A stretch of DNA of 64,000 nt from Eledone cirrhosa (Eukaryota), in contig OZ024747.1 in the NCBI GenBank assembly GCA_964016885.1, positions 47,864,001 through 47,928,000 of the forward strand, in the 5' to 3' direction. The translations under genes and the position numbers were made by a program. This document shows positions 27,791 to 41,800 of the stretch, in pieces. The notes under the pieces were generated by a model. That model saw only the letters and a list, made by a program, of their open reading frames with translations, did not search any database and was not told where the DNA came from. The first letter of the stretch is position 1. Every line of letters begins with the position of its first letter.

Positions 27791-28079
27791 CAGGGGATCT
27801 AACAATTCTGCCAATCCACTTGCCTCAGATAATATTTTGTCTGGGAATCTAACAATTCTGCCAATCCATTGCCCTCAGAAAACATTGTCTGGGATCTAAC
27901 AATTCTGCCAATCAACTGACCTCAGATAACATTTTGTGTGGGAATCTAACAATTCTGCCAATCCACTGTCCTTAAATAAGATTTTGTCTGGGGATCTAAC
28001 AATTCTGCCAATTCACTGCTCTAATATAACATTTTGTGTGGGGATCTAACAATTCTGCCAATCCACTGTCCTTAGATAA

Positions 28080-29810
28080 CATTTTGTCTGGGGATCTAAC
28101 AATTCTGTAAATTCACTCTCTCAGATAACATTTTGTCTGGTAATCTAACAATTCTGCCAATCCACTGCCCTCAGATAACATTTTGTCTGGCGATCTAACA
28201 GTTCTGCCAATCCACTGCCTAAACATTTTGTCTGCCAATCCAGTCCTTAGATAACATTTTGTCTGGCAATCTAACAATTCTGCCAATCCACTGTCCTTAG
28301 ATAACATTTTGTCTGCCAATCTAACAATTCTGCCAATCCACAGCCATCAGGTAACATTTTGTTTGGGGATCTAACAATTCTGCCAATCCACTGCCCTCAG
28401 ATAACATTTTGTCTGGGGATCTAACAATTCTGCCAATCCATTGCCCTCAGATAACGTTTTGTCTGGTAATCTAACAATTCTGCCAATCCACTGTCCTTAG
28501 AAAACATTTTGCGTGGGGAACTAACAATTCTTCTAATCCACTGCCCTCAGATAACATTTTGTCTGGCAATCTAACAATTCTACCAATCCACTGCACTCAT
28601 AACATTTTGTCTGGCAATCTAACAATTCTGCCAATCCACTGTCCTTAGATAACATTTTGTCTGGCAATCTAACAATTCTGCCAATTAACTGCCCTTAGAT
28701 AACATTTTGTTTGGGGATCTAACAATTCTGCCAATCCACTGTCCTTAGATAACCTTTTGTCTGGGGATCTAACAATTCTGCCAATCCACTGTCCTAAGAT
28801 AACGTTTTGTCTAGGGATCTAACAATTCTGCCAATCCATTGCCCTCAGAAAACATTGTCTGGGATCTAACAATTCTGCCAATCAACTGACCTCAGATAAC
28901 ATTTTGTGTGGGAATCTAACAATTCTGCCAATCCACTGTCCTTAAATAAGATTTTGTCTGGGGATCTAACAATTCTGCCAATTCACTGTCTTTAGATAAG
29001 ATTTTGTCTGGGGATCTACCAATTCTGCCAATCCAGTCCTTAGATAACATTTTGTCTGGCAATCCACAGCTCTTAGATAACATTTTGTCTGGGGATCTAA
29101 CAATTCTGCCAATCCACTGCACTCAGATAACATTTTGTCTGGCGATCTAACAATTCTGCTAATCAACTGCCCTCAGATAATATTTTGTTTGGGGATCTAA
29201 CGATTCTGCGAATCAACTGCCCTCAGATAACATTTTATTTGGGGATCTAACAATTCTGCCAATCCACTGTCCTTAGAAAACATTTTGCGTGGGGATCTAA
29301 CAATTCTTCTAATCCACTGCCCTCAGATAATATTTTGTCTGGCAATCTAACAATTCTGCCAATCTACTGTCCTTAGATAACATTTTGATTGGCAGTCTAA
29401 CAATTCTGCCAATCCACTGTCCTTAGATAACGTTTCGTCTGGGGATCTAACAATTTTGCCAATCCACTGTCCTTAGATGACATTTTTTCTGGGGATCTAA
29501 CAATTCTGTAAATATACTCTCAGATAACATTTTGTCTGGTAATCTAACAATTCTGTCAATCCACTGCCCTCAGATAACATTTTGTCTGGCGATCTAACAG
29601 TTCTGCCAATCCACTGCCTACACATAACATTTTGTCTGCCAATCCAGTCCTTAGATAACATTTTGTCTGGCAATCTAACAATTCTGCCAATCCACTGTCC
29701 TTAGATAACATTTTGTCTGCCAATCTAACAATTCTGCCAATCCACAGCCATCAGGTAACATTTTGTTTGGGGATCTAACAATTCTGCCAATCCACTGCCC
29801 TCAGATAACA
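28080..29810 (+). repeat. Further copy of part of the 2727-bp unit (related to ~17500-19380, offset ~10.5 kb)
   Basis: Related ORF translations at 17536 and 28113; same order of GGGGAACTAAC, GAAAACATTGTCTGGGATC, GGCAATCCACAGCTC, GATTGGCAGTC and GTAAATATAC variants. Confidence 0.82.
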
Positions 29811-30329
29811 TTTTGTATGGGGATCTAACAATTCTGCCAATCCATTGCCCTCAGATAACGTTTTGTCTGGTAATCTAACAATTCTGCCAATCCACTGTCC
29901 TTAGAAAACATTTTGCGTGGGGAACTAACAATTCTTCTAATCCACTGCCCTCAGATAACATTTTGTCTGGCAATCTAACAATTCTACCAATCCACTGCAC
30001 TCATAACATTTTGTCTGGCAATCTAACAATTCTGCCAATCCACTGTCCTTAGATAACATTTTATCTGGCAATCTAACAATTCTGCCAATCCACTGCCCCC
30101 AGATAACATTTTGTTTGGGGATCTAACAATTCTGCCAATCCACTGCCCTCAGATAACATTTTGTTTGGGGATCTACCAATTCTGCCAATCCACTGTCCTT
30201 AGATAACATTTCGTCTGGGGATCTAACAATTCTGCCAATCCACTGTCCTTAGATAACGTTTTGTCTAGGGATCTAACAATTCTGCCAATCCACTGACATT
30301 AGATAAGATTTTGTCTGGGGATCTAACAA

Positions 30330-30770
30330 TTCTGCCAATCCAGTTCTTACATAACATTTTGTCTGGCAATCGGACAATTCTGCCAATCCACTGTCCTTAG
30401 ATAAGATTTTGTCTGGCAATCCAACGATTCTGCCAATCCACTGCCCTTAGATAACATTTTCTCTGGGGATCTAACAATTCTGCCAATCCAGTCCTTAGAT
30501 AACATTTTGTCTGGCAATCGGACAATTCTGCCAATCCACTGTCCTTAAATAAGATTTTGTCTGGCAATCCAACAATTCTGCCAATCCACTGCCCTTAGAT
30601 AACATTTTCTCTGGGGATCTAACAATTCTGCCAATCCAGTCCTTAGATAACATTTTGTCTGGCAATCGGACAATTCTGCCAATCCACTGTCCTTATATAA
30701 GATTTTGTCTGGCAATCCAACAATTCTGCCAATCCACTGCCCTTAGATAACATTTTCTCTGGGGATCTAA
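30330..30770 (+). repeat. Local 148-bp trimer (48+50+50) repeated three times; similar runs at ~16940, ~19570, ~22300, ~34000, ~35870 and ~43300
   Basis: ATCGGAC at 30369, 30517 and 30665 (148-bp spacing), each followed by GATAAGATT or TATAAGATT, GGCAATCCAAC and TTTTCTCTGG. Confidence 0.9.
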
Positions 30771-31689
30771 CGATTCTGCGAATCAACTGCCCTCAGATAA
30801 CATTTTGTTTGGGGATCTAACAATTCTGCCAATCCACTGTCCTTAGAAAACATTTTGCGTGGGGATCTAACAATTCTTCTAATCCACTGCCCTCAGATAA
30901 CATTTTGTCTGGCAATCTAACAATTCTGCCAATCTACTGTCCTTAGATAACATTTTGACTGGAAATCTAACAATTCTGCCAATCCACTGTCCTTAGATAA
31001 CATTTTGTCTGGCAATCGAACAATTCTGCCAATTAACTGCCCTTAGATAACATTTTGTTTGGGGATCTAACAATTCTGCCAATCCACTGTCCTTAGATAA
31101 CCTTTTGTCTGGGGATCTAACAATTCTGCCAATCCAGTCCTTAGATAACATTTTGTCTGGCAATCGGATAATTCTGCAAATCCACTGCCCTCAAATAACA
31201 TTTTGTCCGGGGATCTAACAATTCTGACAATCAACTGCCCTCAGGTAACATTTTGTTTGGGGATCTAACAATTCTGCCAATCCACTGCCCTCAGATAACA
31301 TTTTGTCTGGGGATCTAACAATTCTGCTAATCCACTGTCCCTAGAAAACATTTTGTCTGGGGATCTAACAATTCTACCAATCCAATCCTTAGATAACATT
31401 TTGTCTGGGGATCCAACAATTCTGCCAATCCACTGCCCTCAGATAACATTTTCACTGGGTGTCTAACAATTCTGCCAATCCACTGTCCTTAGATAACATT
31501 TCGTCTGGGGATCTAACAATTCTGCCAATCCACTGCCCTCAGATAACATTTTGTCTGGCAATATTACAATTTTGCCAATCCACAGCCCTCAGATAACATT
31601 TTGTCTGGCTAACAATTCTGCCAATCCACTGTCCTTAGAAAACATTTTGTCTGGGGATCTAACAATTCTGCCAATCCAGTCCTTAGATA

Positions 31690-34600
31690 ACATTTTGTCT
31701 GGGGATCCAACAATTCTTCCAATCCACTGCCCTCAGATAACAATTTTGTCTGGCGATATAACAGTTCTGCCAATCCACTGCCTACACAACATTGTCTGCC
31801 AATCCAGTCCCTAGATAACATTTTGTTTGGCAATCTAACAATTCTGCCAATCCACTGTCCTTAGATAACATTTTGTCTGGCAATCTAACAATTCTGCCAA
31901 TTCACTGCCCTCAGATAATATTTTGTCTGGGGATCTAACAATTCTGCCAATCAACTGCCCTAAGATAACATTTTGTGTGGGGATCTAACAATTCTGACAA
32001 TCAACTGCCCTCAGGTAACATTTTGTTTGGGGATCTAACAATTCTGCCAATCCACTGCCCTCAAACAACATTTTGTCTGGCAATCTAACAATACTCCCAA
32101 TCAACTGCCCTCAGATGACATTTTGTTTGGGGATCTAACAATTCTGCCAATCCACTGCCCTCAGATAACATTTTGTCTGGCAAGCTAACAATTATGCCAA
32201 TCCTCTGCTCTCATAACATTTTGTCTGGCAATCTAACAATTCTGCCAATCCACTGCCCTCAGATAACATTTTGTCAGGGGATCTAACAATTCTGCCAATC
32301 CACTTGCCTCAGATAATATTTTGTCTGGGAATCTAACAATTCTGCCAATCCATTGCCCTCAGAAAACATTGTGTGGGGATCTAACAATTCTGCCAATCAA
32401 CTGACCTCAGATAACATTTTGTGTGGGAATCTAACAATTCTGCCAATCCACTGTCCTTAAATAAGATTTTGTCTGGGGATCTAACAATTCTGCCAATTCA
32501 CTGCTCTAATATAACATTTTGTGTGGGGATCTAACAATTCTGCCAATCAACTGCCCTCAGATAACGTTTTGTTTGGGGATCTAACAATTCTGCCAATCCA
32601 CTGTCCTTAGATAACCTTTTGTCTGGGCATCTAACAATTCTGCCAATCCACTGTCCTTAGATAAGGTTTTGTCTAGGGATCTAACAATTCTGACAATCCA
32701 CTGTCTTTAGATAAGATTTTGTCTGGGGATCTACCAATTCTGCCAATCCAGTCCTTAGATAACATTTTGTCTGGCAATCCACAGCTCTTAGATAACATTT
32801 TGTCTGGGGATCTAACAATTCTGCCAATCCACTGCACTCAGATAACATTTTGTCTGGCGATCTAACAATTCTGCTAATCAACTGCCCTCAGATAATATTT
32901 TGTTTGGGGATCTAACGATTCTGCGAATCAACTGCCCTCAGATAACATTTTGTTTGGGGATCTAACAATTCTGCCAATCCACTGTCCTTAGAAAACATTT
33001 TGCGTGGGGATCTAACAATTCTTCTAATCCACTCCCCTCAGATAATATTTTGTCTGGCAATCTAACAATTCTGCCAATCTACTGTCCTTAGATAACATTT
33101 TGATTGGCAGTCTAACAATTCTGCCAATCCACTGTCCTTAGATAACGTTTCGTCTGGGGATCTAACAATTTTGCCAATCCACTGTCCTTAGATGACATTT
33201 TTTCTGGGGATCTAACAATTCTGTAAATATACTCTCTCAGATAACATTTTGTCTAACAATTCTGTCAATCCACTGCCCTCAGATAACATTTTGTCTGGCG
33301 ATCTAACAGTTCTGCCAATCCACTGCCTACACATAACATTTTGTCTGCCAATCCAGTCCTTAGATAACATTTTGTCTGGGGATCTAACAATTCTGCCAAT
33401 CCACAGCCATCAGGTAACATTTTGTTTGGGGATCTAACAATTCTGCCAATCCACTGCCCTCAGATAACATTTTGTATGGGGATCTAACAATTCTGCCAAT
33501 CCATTGCCCTCAGATAACGTTTTGTCTGGTAATCTAACAATTCTGCCAATCCACTGTCCTTAGAAAACATTTTGCGTGGGGAACTAACAATTCTTCTAAT
33601 CCACTGCCCTCAGATAACATTTTGTCTGGCAATCTAACAATTCTACCAATCCACTGCACTCATAACATTTTGTCTGGCAATCTAACAATTCTGCCAATCC
33701 ACTGTCCTTAGATAACATTTTATCTGGCAATCTAACAATTCTGCCAATCCACTGCCCCCAGATAACATTTTGTTTGGGGATCTAACAATTCTGCCAATCC
33801 ACTGCCCTCAGATAACATTTTCTCTGGGTGTCTACCAATTCTGCCAATCCACTGTCCTTAGATAACATTTCGTCTGGGGAGCTAACAATTCTGCCAATCC
33901 ACTGTCCTTAGATAACGTTTTGTCTAGGGATCTAACAATTCTGCCAATCCACTGACATTAGATAAGATTTTGTCTGGGGATCTAACAATTCTGCCAATCC
34001 AGTTACATAACATTTTGTCTGGCAATCGGACAATTCTGCCAATCCACTGTCCTTAGATAAGATTTTGTCTGGCAATCCAACGATTCTGCCAATCCACTGC
34101 CCTTAGATAACATTTTCTCTGGGGATCTAACAATTCTGCCAATCCAGTCCTTAGATAACATTTTGTCTGGCAATCGGACAATTCTGCCAATCCACTGTCC
34201 TTAGATAAGATTTTGTCTGGCAATCCAACAATTCTGCCAATCCACTGCCCTTAGATAACATTTTCTCTGGGGATCTAACAATTCTGCCAATCCAGTCCTT
34301 AGATAACATTTTGTCTGGCAATCGGACAATTCTGCCAATCCACTGTCCTTATATAAGATTTTGTCTGGCAATCCAACAATTCTGCCAATCCACAGCCCTT
34401 AGATAACATTTTCTCTGGGATCTAACGATTATGCGAATCAACTGCCCTCAGATAACATTTTGTTTGGGGATCTAACAATTCTGCCAATCCACTGTCCTTA
34501 GAAAACATTTTGCGTGGGGATCTAACAATTCTTCTAATCCACTGCCCTCAGATAACATTTTGTCTGGCAATCTAACAATTCTGCCAATCTACTGTCCTTA

Positions 34601-35819
34601 GATAACATTTTGACTGGAAATCTAACAATTCTGCCAATCCACTGTCCTTAGATAACGTTTCGTCTGGGGATCTAACAATTTTGCCAATCCACTGTCCTTA
34701 GATGACATTTTGTCTGGGGATCTAACAATTCTGTAAATTCACTCTCTCAGATAACATTTTGTCTGGTAATCTAACAATTCTGCCAATCCACTGCCTACAC
34801 ATAACATTTTGTCTGCCAATCCAGTCCTTAGATAACATTGTGTCTGGCAATCTAACAATTCTGCCAATCCACTGTCCTTAGATAACATTTTGTCTGCCAA
34901 TCTAACAATTCTGCCAATCCACAGCCATCAGGTAACATTTTGTTTGGGGATCTAACAATTCTGCCAATCCACTGCCCTCAGATAACATTTTGTCTGGGGA
35001 TCTAACAATTCTGCCAATCCATTGCCCTCAGATAACGTTTTGTCTGGTAATCTAACAATTCTGCCAATCCACTGCACTCATAACATTTTGTCTGGCAATC
35101 TAACAATTCTGCCAATCCACTGTCCTTAGATAACATTTTGTCTGGCAATCTAACAATTCTGCCAATTAACTGCCCTTAGATAACATTTTGTTTGGGGATC
35201 TAACAATTCTGCCAATCCACTGTCCTTAGATAACCTTTTGTCTGGGGATCTAACAATTCTGCCAATCCACTGTCCTAAGATAACGTTTTGTCTAGGGATC
35301 TAACAATTCTGCCAATCCACTGTCTTTAGATGAAGATTTTGTCTGGGGATCTAACAATTCTGCCAATCCAGTCCTTAGATAACATTTTGTCTGGTAATCG
35401 GATAATTCTGCAAATCCACTGCCCTCAAATAACATTTTGTCCGGGGATCTAACAATTCTGACAATCAACTGCCCTCAGGTAACATTTTGTTTGGGGATCT
35501 AACAATTCTGCCAATCCACTGCCCTCAGATAACATTTTGTCTGGGAATCTAACAATTCTGCTAATCCACTGTCCTTAGAAAACATTTTGTCTGGGGATCT
35601 AACAATTCTACCAATCCAATCCTTAGATAACATTTTGTCTGGGGATCCAACAATTCTGCCAATCCACTGCCCTCAGATAACATTTTCACTGGGTGTCTAA
35701 CAATTCTGCCAATCCACTGTCCTTAGATAACATTTCGTCTGGGGATCTAACAATTCTGCCAATCCACTGTCCTTAGATAACGTTTTGTCTAGGGATCTAA
35801 CAATTCTGCCAATCCACTG
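31690..35819 (+). repeat. ~4-kb block duplicated at ~40930-45270 (offset 9239 at the left end, growing with indels)
   Basis: GGGGATCCAACAATTCTTCC at 31701 and 40940; identical ORF translations at 32681 and 41920; shared ATACTCCCAAT, GATGAAGATT and TTCACTGGGTG variants. Confidence 0.9.
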
Positions 35820-38800
35820 ACTTTAGATAAGATTTTGTCTGGGGATCTAACAATTCTGCCAATCCAGTTCTTACATAACATTTTGTCTGGCAATCGGACA
35901 ATTCTGCCAATCCACTGTCCTTAGATAAGATTTTGTCTGGCAATCCAACGATTCTGCCAATCCACTGCCCTTAGATAACATTTTCTCTGGGGATCTAACA
36001 ATTCTACCAATCCAGTCCTTAGATAACATTTTGTCTGGCAATCGGACAATTCTGCCAATCCACTGTCCTTAGATAAGATTTTGTCTGGCAATCCAACAAT
36101 TCTGCCAATCCACTGCCCTTAGATAACATTTTGTCTGGGGATCTAACAATTCTGCCAATCCACTGCCCTCAGATAACATTTTGTCTGGCAATATTACAAT
36201 TTTGCCAATCCACAGCCCTCAGATAACATTTTGTCTGGCTAACAATTCTGCCAATCCACTGTCCTTAGAAAACATTTTGTCTGGGGATCTAACAATTCTG
36301 CCAATCCAGTCCTTAGATAACATTTTGTCTGGGGATCTAACAATTCTGCCAATCCACAGTCCTTAGATAACATTTTGTCTGGGGATCTAACAATTCTTCT
36401 AATCCACTGCCCTCAGGTAACATTTTGTTTGGGGATCTAACAATTCTGCCAATCCACTGCCCTCAGATAACATTTTGTCGGGGATCCAACAATTCTGCCA
36501 ATCCACTGTCCTTAGATAACTTTTTGTCTGGGGATCTAACAATTCTGCCAAACCACTGTCCTCATAACATTTTGTCTGGCAATCTAACAATTCTGCCAAT
36601 CCACTGTCCTTACAGAACATTTTGTCGGGGATCTAACAATTCTGCCAGTCTACTGTCCTTAGATAACATTTTGTCTGGCAATATTTCAATTTTGCCAATC
36701 CACAGCCCTCAGATAACATTTTGTCTGGCTAACAATTCTGCCAATCCACTGTCCTTAGATAACATTTTGTCTGGGGATCTAACAATTCTTCTAATCCACT
36801 GCTCTCACATAACATTTTGTCTGGCGATCTTACAATTCTGCCAATCAACAACCCTCAGATAACATTTTGTCTGGCAATCTAACAATTATGCCAATCCACT
36901 GTCCTTAAATAACATTTTCTCTGGCAATCTAACAATTCTGCCAATCCACTGCCCTCAGATATTTTTTCTGGGAATCTAACTATTCTGCCATTCCACAAGC
37001 CTCAGATAACATTTTGTCTGGGGATCTAACAATTCTGCCAATCCATTGCCCTTAGATATTTTGTCTGGGGATCTAACAATTCTGTCAATCCACTGTCCTT
37101 AGATAACATTTTGTCTGGGGATCTAACAATTCTGCCAATCCACTGCCCTCAGATAACATTTTGTCTGGGATCTAACGATTCTGCGAATCAACTGCCCTCA
37201 GATAACATTTTGTTTGGGGATCGAACGATTCTGCGATTCAACTCCCCTCAGATAAGATTTTGTTTGGGGATCTAACAATTCCGCCAATCCACTGCCCTTA
37301 GATAACATTTTCTCTGGGGGTCTAACAATTCTGCCAATCCACTGGCCTCAGATAACATTTTGTCTGGGGATCTAACAATGTTGCCAATCCACTGTCCTTA
37401 GATAACATTTTGTCTGGGGATCCAACAATTCTTCCAATCCACTGCCCTCAGATAACAATTTTGTCTGGCGATATAACAGTTCTGCCAATCCACTGCCTAC
37501 ACAACATTGTCTGCCAATCCAGTCCGTAGATAACATTTTGTTTGGCAATCTAACAATTCTGCCAATCCACTGTCCTTAGATAACATTTTGTCTGGCAATC
37601 TAACAATTCTGCCAATTCACTGCCCTCAGATAACATTTTGTCTGGGGATCTAACAATTCTGCCAATCAACTGCCCTAAGATAACATTTTGTGTGGGGATC
37701 TAACAATTCTGACAATCAACTGCCCTCAGGTAACATTTTGTTTGGGGATCTAACAATTCTGCCAATCCACTGCCCTCAAACAACATTTTGTCTGGTAATC
37801 TAACAATTCTCCCAATCAACTGCCCTCAGATGACATTTTGTTTGGGGATCTAACAATTCTGCCAATCCACTGCCCTCAGATAACATTTTGTCTGGCAAGC
37901 TAACAATTATGCCAATCCTCTGCTCTCATAACATTTTGTCTGGCAATCTAACAATTCTGCCAATCCACTGCCCTCAGATAACATTTTGTCAGGGGATCTA
38001 ACAATTCTGCCAATCCACTGGCCTCAGATAACATTTTCTCTGGGGATCTAACAATTTTGCCAATCCACTGTCGTTAGATGACATTTTGTCTGGGGATCTA
38101 ACAATTCTGTAAATTCACTCTCTCAGATAACATTTTGTCTGGTAATCTAACAATTCTGCCAATCCACTGTCCTTAGATAACATTTTGTCAGGGGATCTAA
38201 CAATTCTGCCAATCCACTTCCCTCAGATAACATTTTGTCTGGCAAGCTAACAATTCTGCCAATCCACTGCCCTCATAACATTTTGTCTGGCAATCTAACA
38301 ATTCTACCAATCCACTGGCCTCAGCTAACATTTTTTCTGGGGATCTAACAATTCTGACAATCCACTGCCCTCAGATAACATTTTGTCTGGTAATCTAACA
38401 ATTCTGCCAATCATCTATCCTTAGATAACATTTTGCGTGGGGATCTAACAATTCTGTAATCCACTGCCCTCAGATAACATTTTGTCTGGCAATCTTATAA
38501 TTCTGCCAATCAACAACCCCCAGATAACATTTTGTCTGGCAATCTAACAATTCTGAAAATCCACTGCCCCCAGATAACATTTTGTATGGCAATCTAACAA
38601 TTCTACCAATCCACTGTCCTCAGATAACATTTTGTCAGGGGATCTAACAATTCTACCAATCCACTGGCCTCAGCTAACATTTTGTCTGGGATCTAACTAT
38701 TCTGACAATCCACTGCCCTCAGATAACATTTTGTATGGCAATCTAACAATTCTGCCAATCCACTGTCCTTAGATAACATTTTGTCTCGGGATCTAACAAT

Positions 38801-41800
38801 TCTGCCAATGCACTGCCCTCGTAACATTCTCTGGCAATCTAACAATTCTGACAATCCATTGCCGTCAGATAACATTTGTCTCGGTATCTAACAATTCTGA
38901 CAATCCACTGCCCTCAGATAACATTTTGTATGGGAATCAAACAATTCTGCGAATCCACTGCACTCAGATAACATTTTGTTTGGGGATCTAACAATTCTGC
39001 CAATCCAGTCCTTAGATGAGATTTTGTCTGGGGATCTAACAATTTTCCCAATCCACTGCCCTCATATAACATTTTGTGTGGGGATCTAACAATTCTGACA
39101 ATCAACTGCCCTCAGATAACATTTTATTTGGGGATCTAACAATTCTGCCAATCCACTGTCCTTAGATAACATTTTGTTTGGGGATCTAACAAATCTGCCA
39201 ATCCACTGCCCTCAGATAACATTTTCTCTGGGTGTCTAACAATTCTGCCAATCCACTGCCTTCAGATAACATTTAGTCTGGGGATCTAACAATTCTGCCA
39301 ATCCACTGCCCTCAAACATTTTGTCTGGCAATCTAACAATTCTGCCAATCCACAGCCCTCAGATAACATTTTGTCTAGCTAACAATTCTGCCAATCCACT
39401 GTCCTTAGATAACATTTTGTCTGACAATCTAACAATTCTTCTAATCCACTGCCCTCAGATAACATTTTGTCTGGCTAACAATTCTGCCAATCCACTGTCC
39501 TTAGAAAACATTTTGTCTGGGGATCTAACAATTCTGCCAATCCACTGTCCTTAGATAACATTTTGTCTGGGGATCTAACAATTCTGCCAATCCACTGTCC
39601 TTAGATAACATTTTGTCTGGGGATCTAACAATTCTTCTAATCCACTGCCCTCAGGTAACATTTTGTCTGGCAATCTTACAATTCTGCCAATCAACAACCC
39701 TCAGATAACATTTTGTCTGGTAATCTTACAATTCTGCCAATCCACTGCACTCATAACATTTTGTCTGGCAATCTAACAATTCTGCCAATCTACTGTCCTT
39801 AGATAACATTGTCTGGCAATCTAACAATTATGCCAATCCACTGTCCTTAAATAACATTTTGTCTGGCAATCTGCCAATCCAATGACAATTCTGCCAATCC
39901 ACTGCCCTCAGATATTTTGTCTGGCAATCTAACTATTCTGCCATTCCACAAGCCTCAGATAACATTTTGTCTGGGGATCTAACAATTCTGCCAATCCATT
40001 GCCCTTAGATATTTTGTATGGGGATCTAACAATTCTGCGAATCCACTGCCCTCAGATAACATTTTGTCTGGGGATCTAACAATTCTGCCAATCAACTGCC
40101 CTCAGATAACATTTTGTGTGGGGATCTAACAATTCTGCCAATTCACTGCCCTCAGATAACATTTTGTCTGGGGATCTAACAATTCTTCTAATCCACTGCC
40201 CTCAGGTAACAATTCTGCCAATCCACTGCCCTTAGATAACATTTTGTCTGGGGATCTAACAATTCTTCTAATCCACTGCCCTCAGGTAACATTTTGTCTG
40301 GCAATCTTACAATTCTGCCAATCAACAACCCTCAGATAACATTTTGTCTGGGATCTAACAATTCTGCCAATCCACTGCCCTCAGATAACATTTTGTCTGG
40401 CAATATTACAATTTTGCCAATCCACAGCCCTCAGATAACATTTTGTCTGGCTAACAATTCTGCCAATCCACTGTCCTTAGAAAACATTTTGTCTGGGGAT
40501 CTAACAATTCGGCCAATCCAGTCCTTAGATAACATTTTGTCTGGGGATCTAACAATTCTGCCAATCCATTGCCCTTAGATATTTTGTCTGGGGATCTAAC
40601 AATTCTGTCAATCCACTGTCCTTAGATAACATTTTGTCTGGGGATCTAACAATTCTGCCAATCCACTGCCCTCAGATAACATTTTGTCTGGGGATCTAAC
40701 GATTCTGCGAATCAACTGCCCTCAGATAACATTTTGTTTGGGGATCGAACGATTCTGCGATTCAACTGCCCTCAGATAAGATTTTGTTTGGGGATCTAAC
40801 AATTCCGCCAATCCACTGCCCTTAGATAACATTTTCTCTGGGGGTCTAACAATTCTGCCAATCCACTGGCCTCAGATAACATTTTGTCTGGGGATCTAAC
40901 AATTTTGCCAATCCACTGTCCTTAGATAACATTTTGTCTGGGGATCCAACAATTCTTCCAATCCACTGCCCTCAGATAACAATTTTGTCTGGCGATATAA
41001 CAGTTCTGCCAATCCACTGCCTACACAACATTGTCTGCCAATCCAGTCCCTAGATAACATTTTGTTTGGCAATCTAACAATTCTGCCAATCCACTGTCCT
41101 TAGATAACATTTTGTCTGGCAATCTAACAATTCTGCCAATTCACTGCCCTCAGATAACATTTTGTCTGGGGATCTAACAATTCTGCCAATCAACTGCCCT
41201 AAGATAACATTTTGTGTGGGGATCTAACAATTCTGACAATCAACTGCCCTCAGGTAACATTTTGTTTGGGGATCTAACAATTCTGCCAATCCACTGCCCT
41301 CAAACAACATTTTGTCTGGCAATCTAACAATACTCCCAATCAACTGCCCTCAGATGACATTTTGTTTGGGGATCTAACAATTCTGCCAATCCACTGCCCT
41401 CAGATAACATTTTGTCTGGCAAGCTAACAATTATGCCAATCCTCTGCTCTCATAACATTTTGTCTGGCAATCTAACAATTCTGCCAATCCACTGCCCTCA
41501 GATAACATTTTGTCAGGGGATCTAACAATTCTGCCAATCCACTTGCCTCAGATAATATTTTGTCTGGGAATCTAACAATTCTGCCAATCCATTGCCCTCA
41601 GAAAACATTGTCTGGGGATCTAACAATTCTGCCAATCAACTGACCTCAGATAACATTTTTTGTGGGAATCTAACAATTCTGCCAATCCACTGTCCTTAAA
41701 TAAGATTTTGTCTGGGGATCTAACAATTCTGCCAATTCACTGCTCTAATATAACATTTTGTGTGGGGATCTAACAATTCTGCCAATCAACTGCCCTCAGA

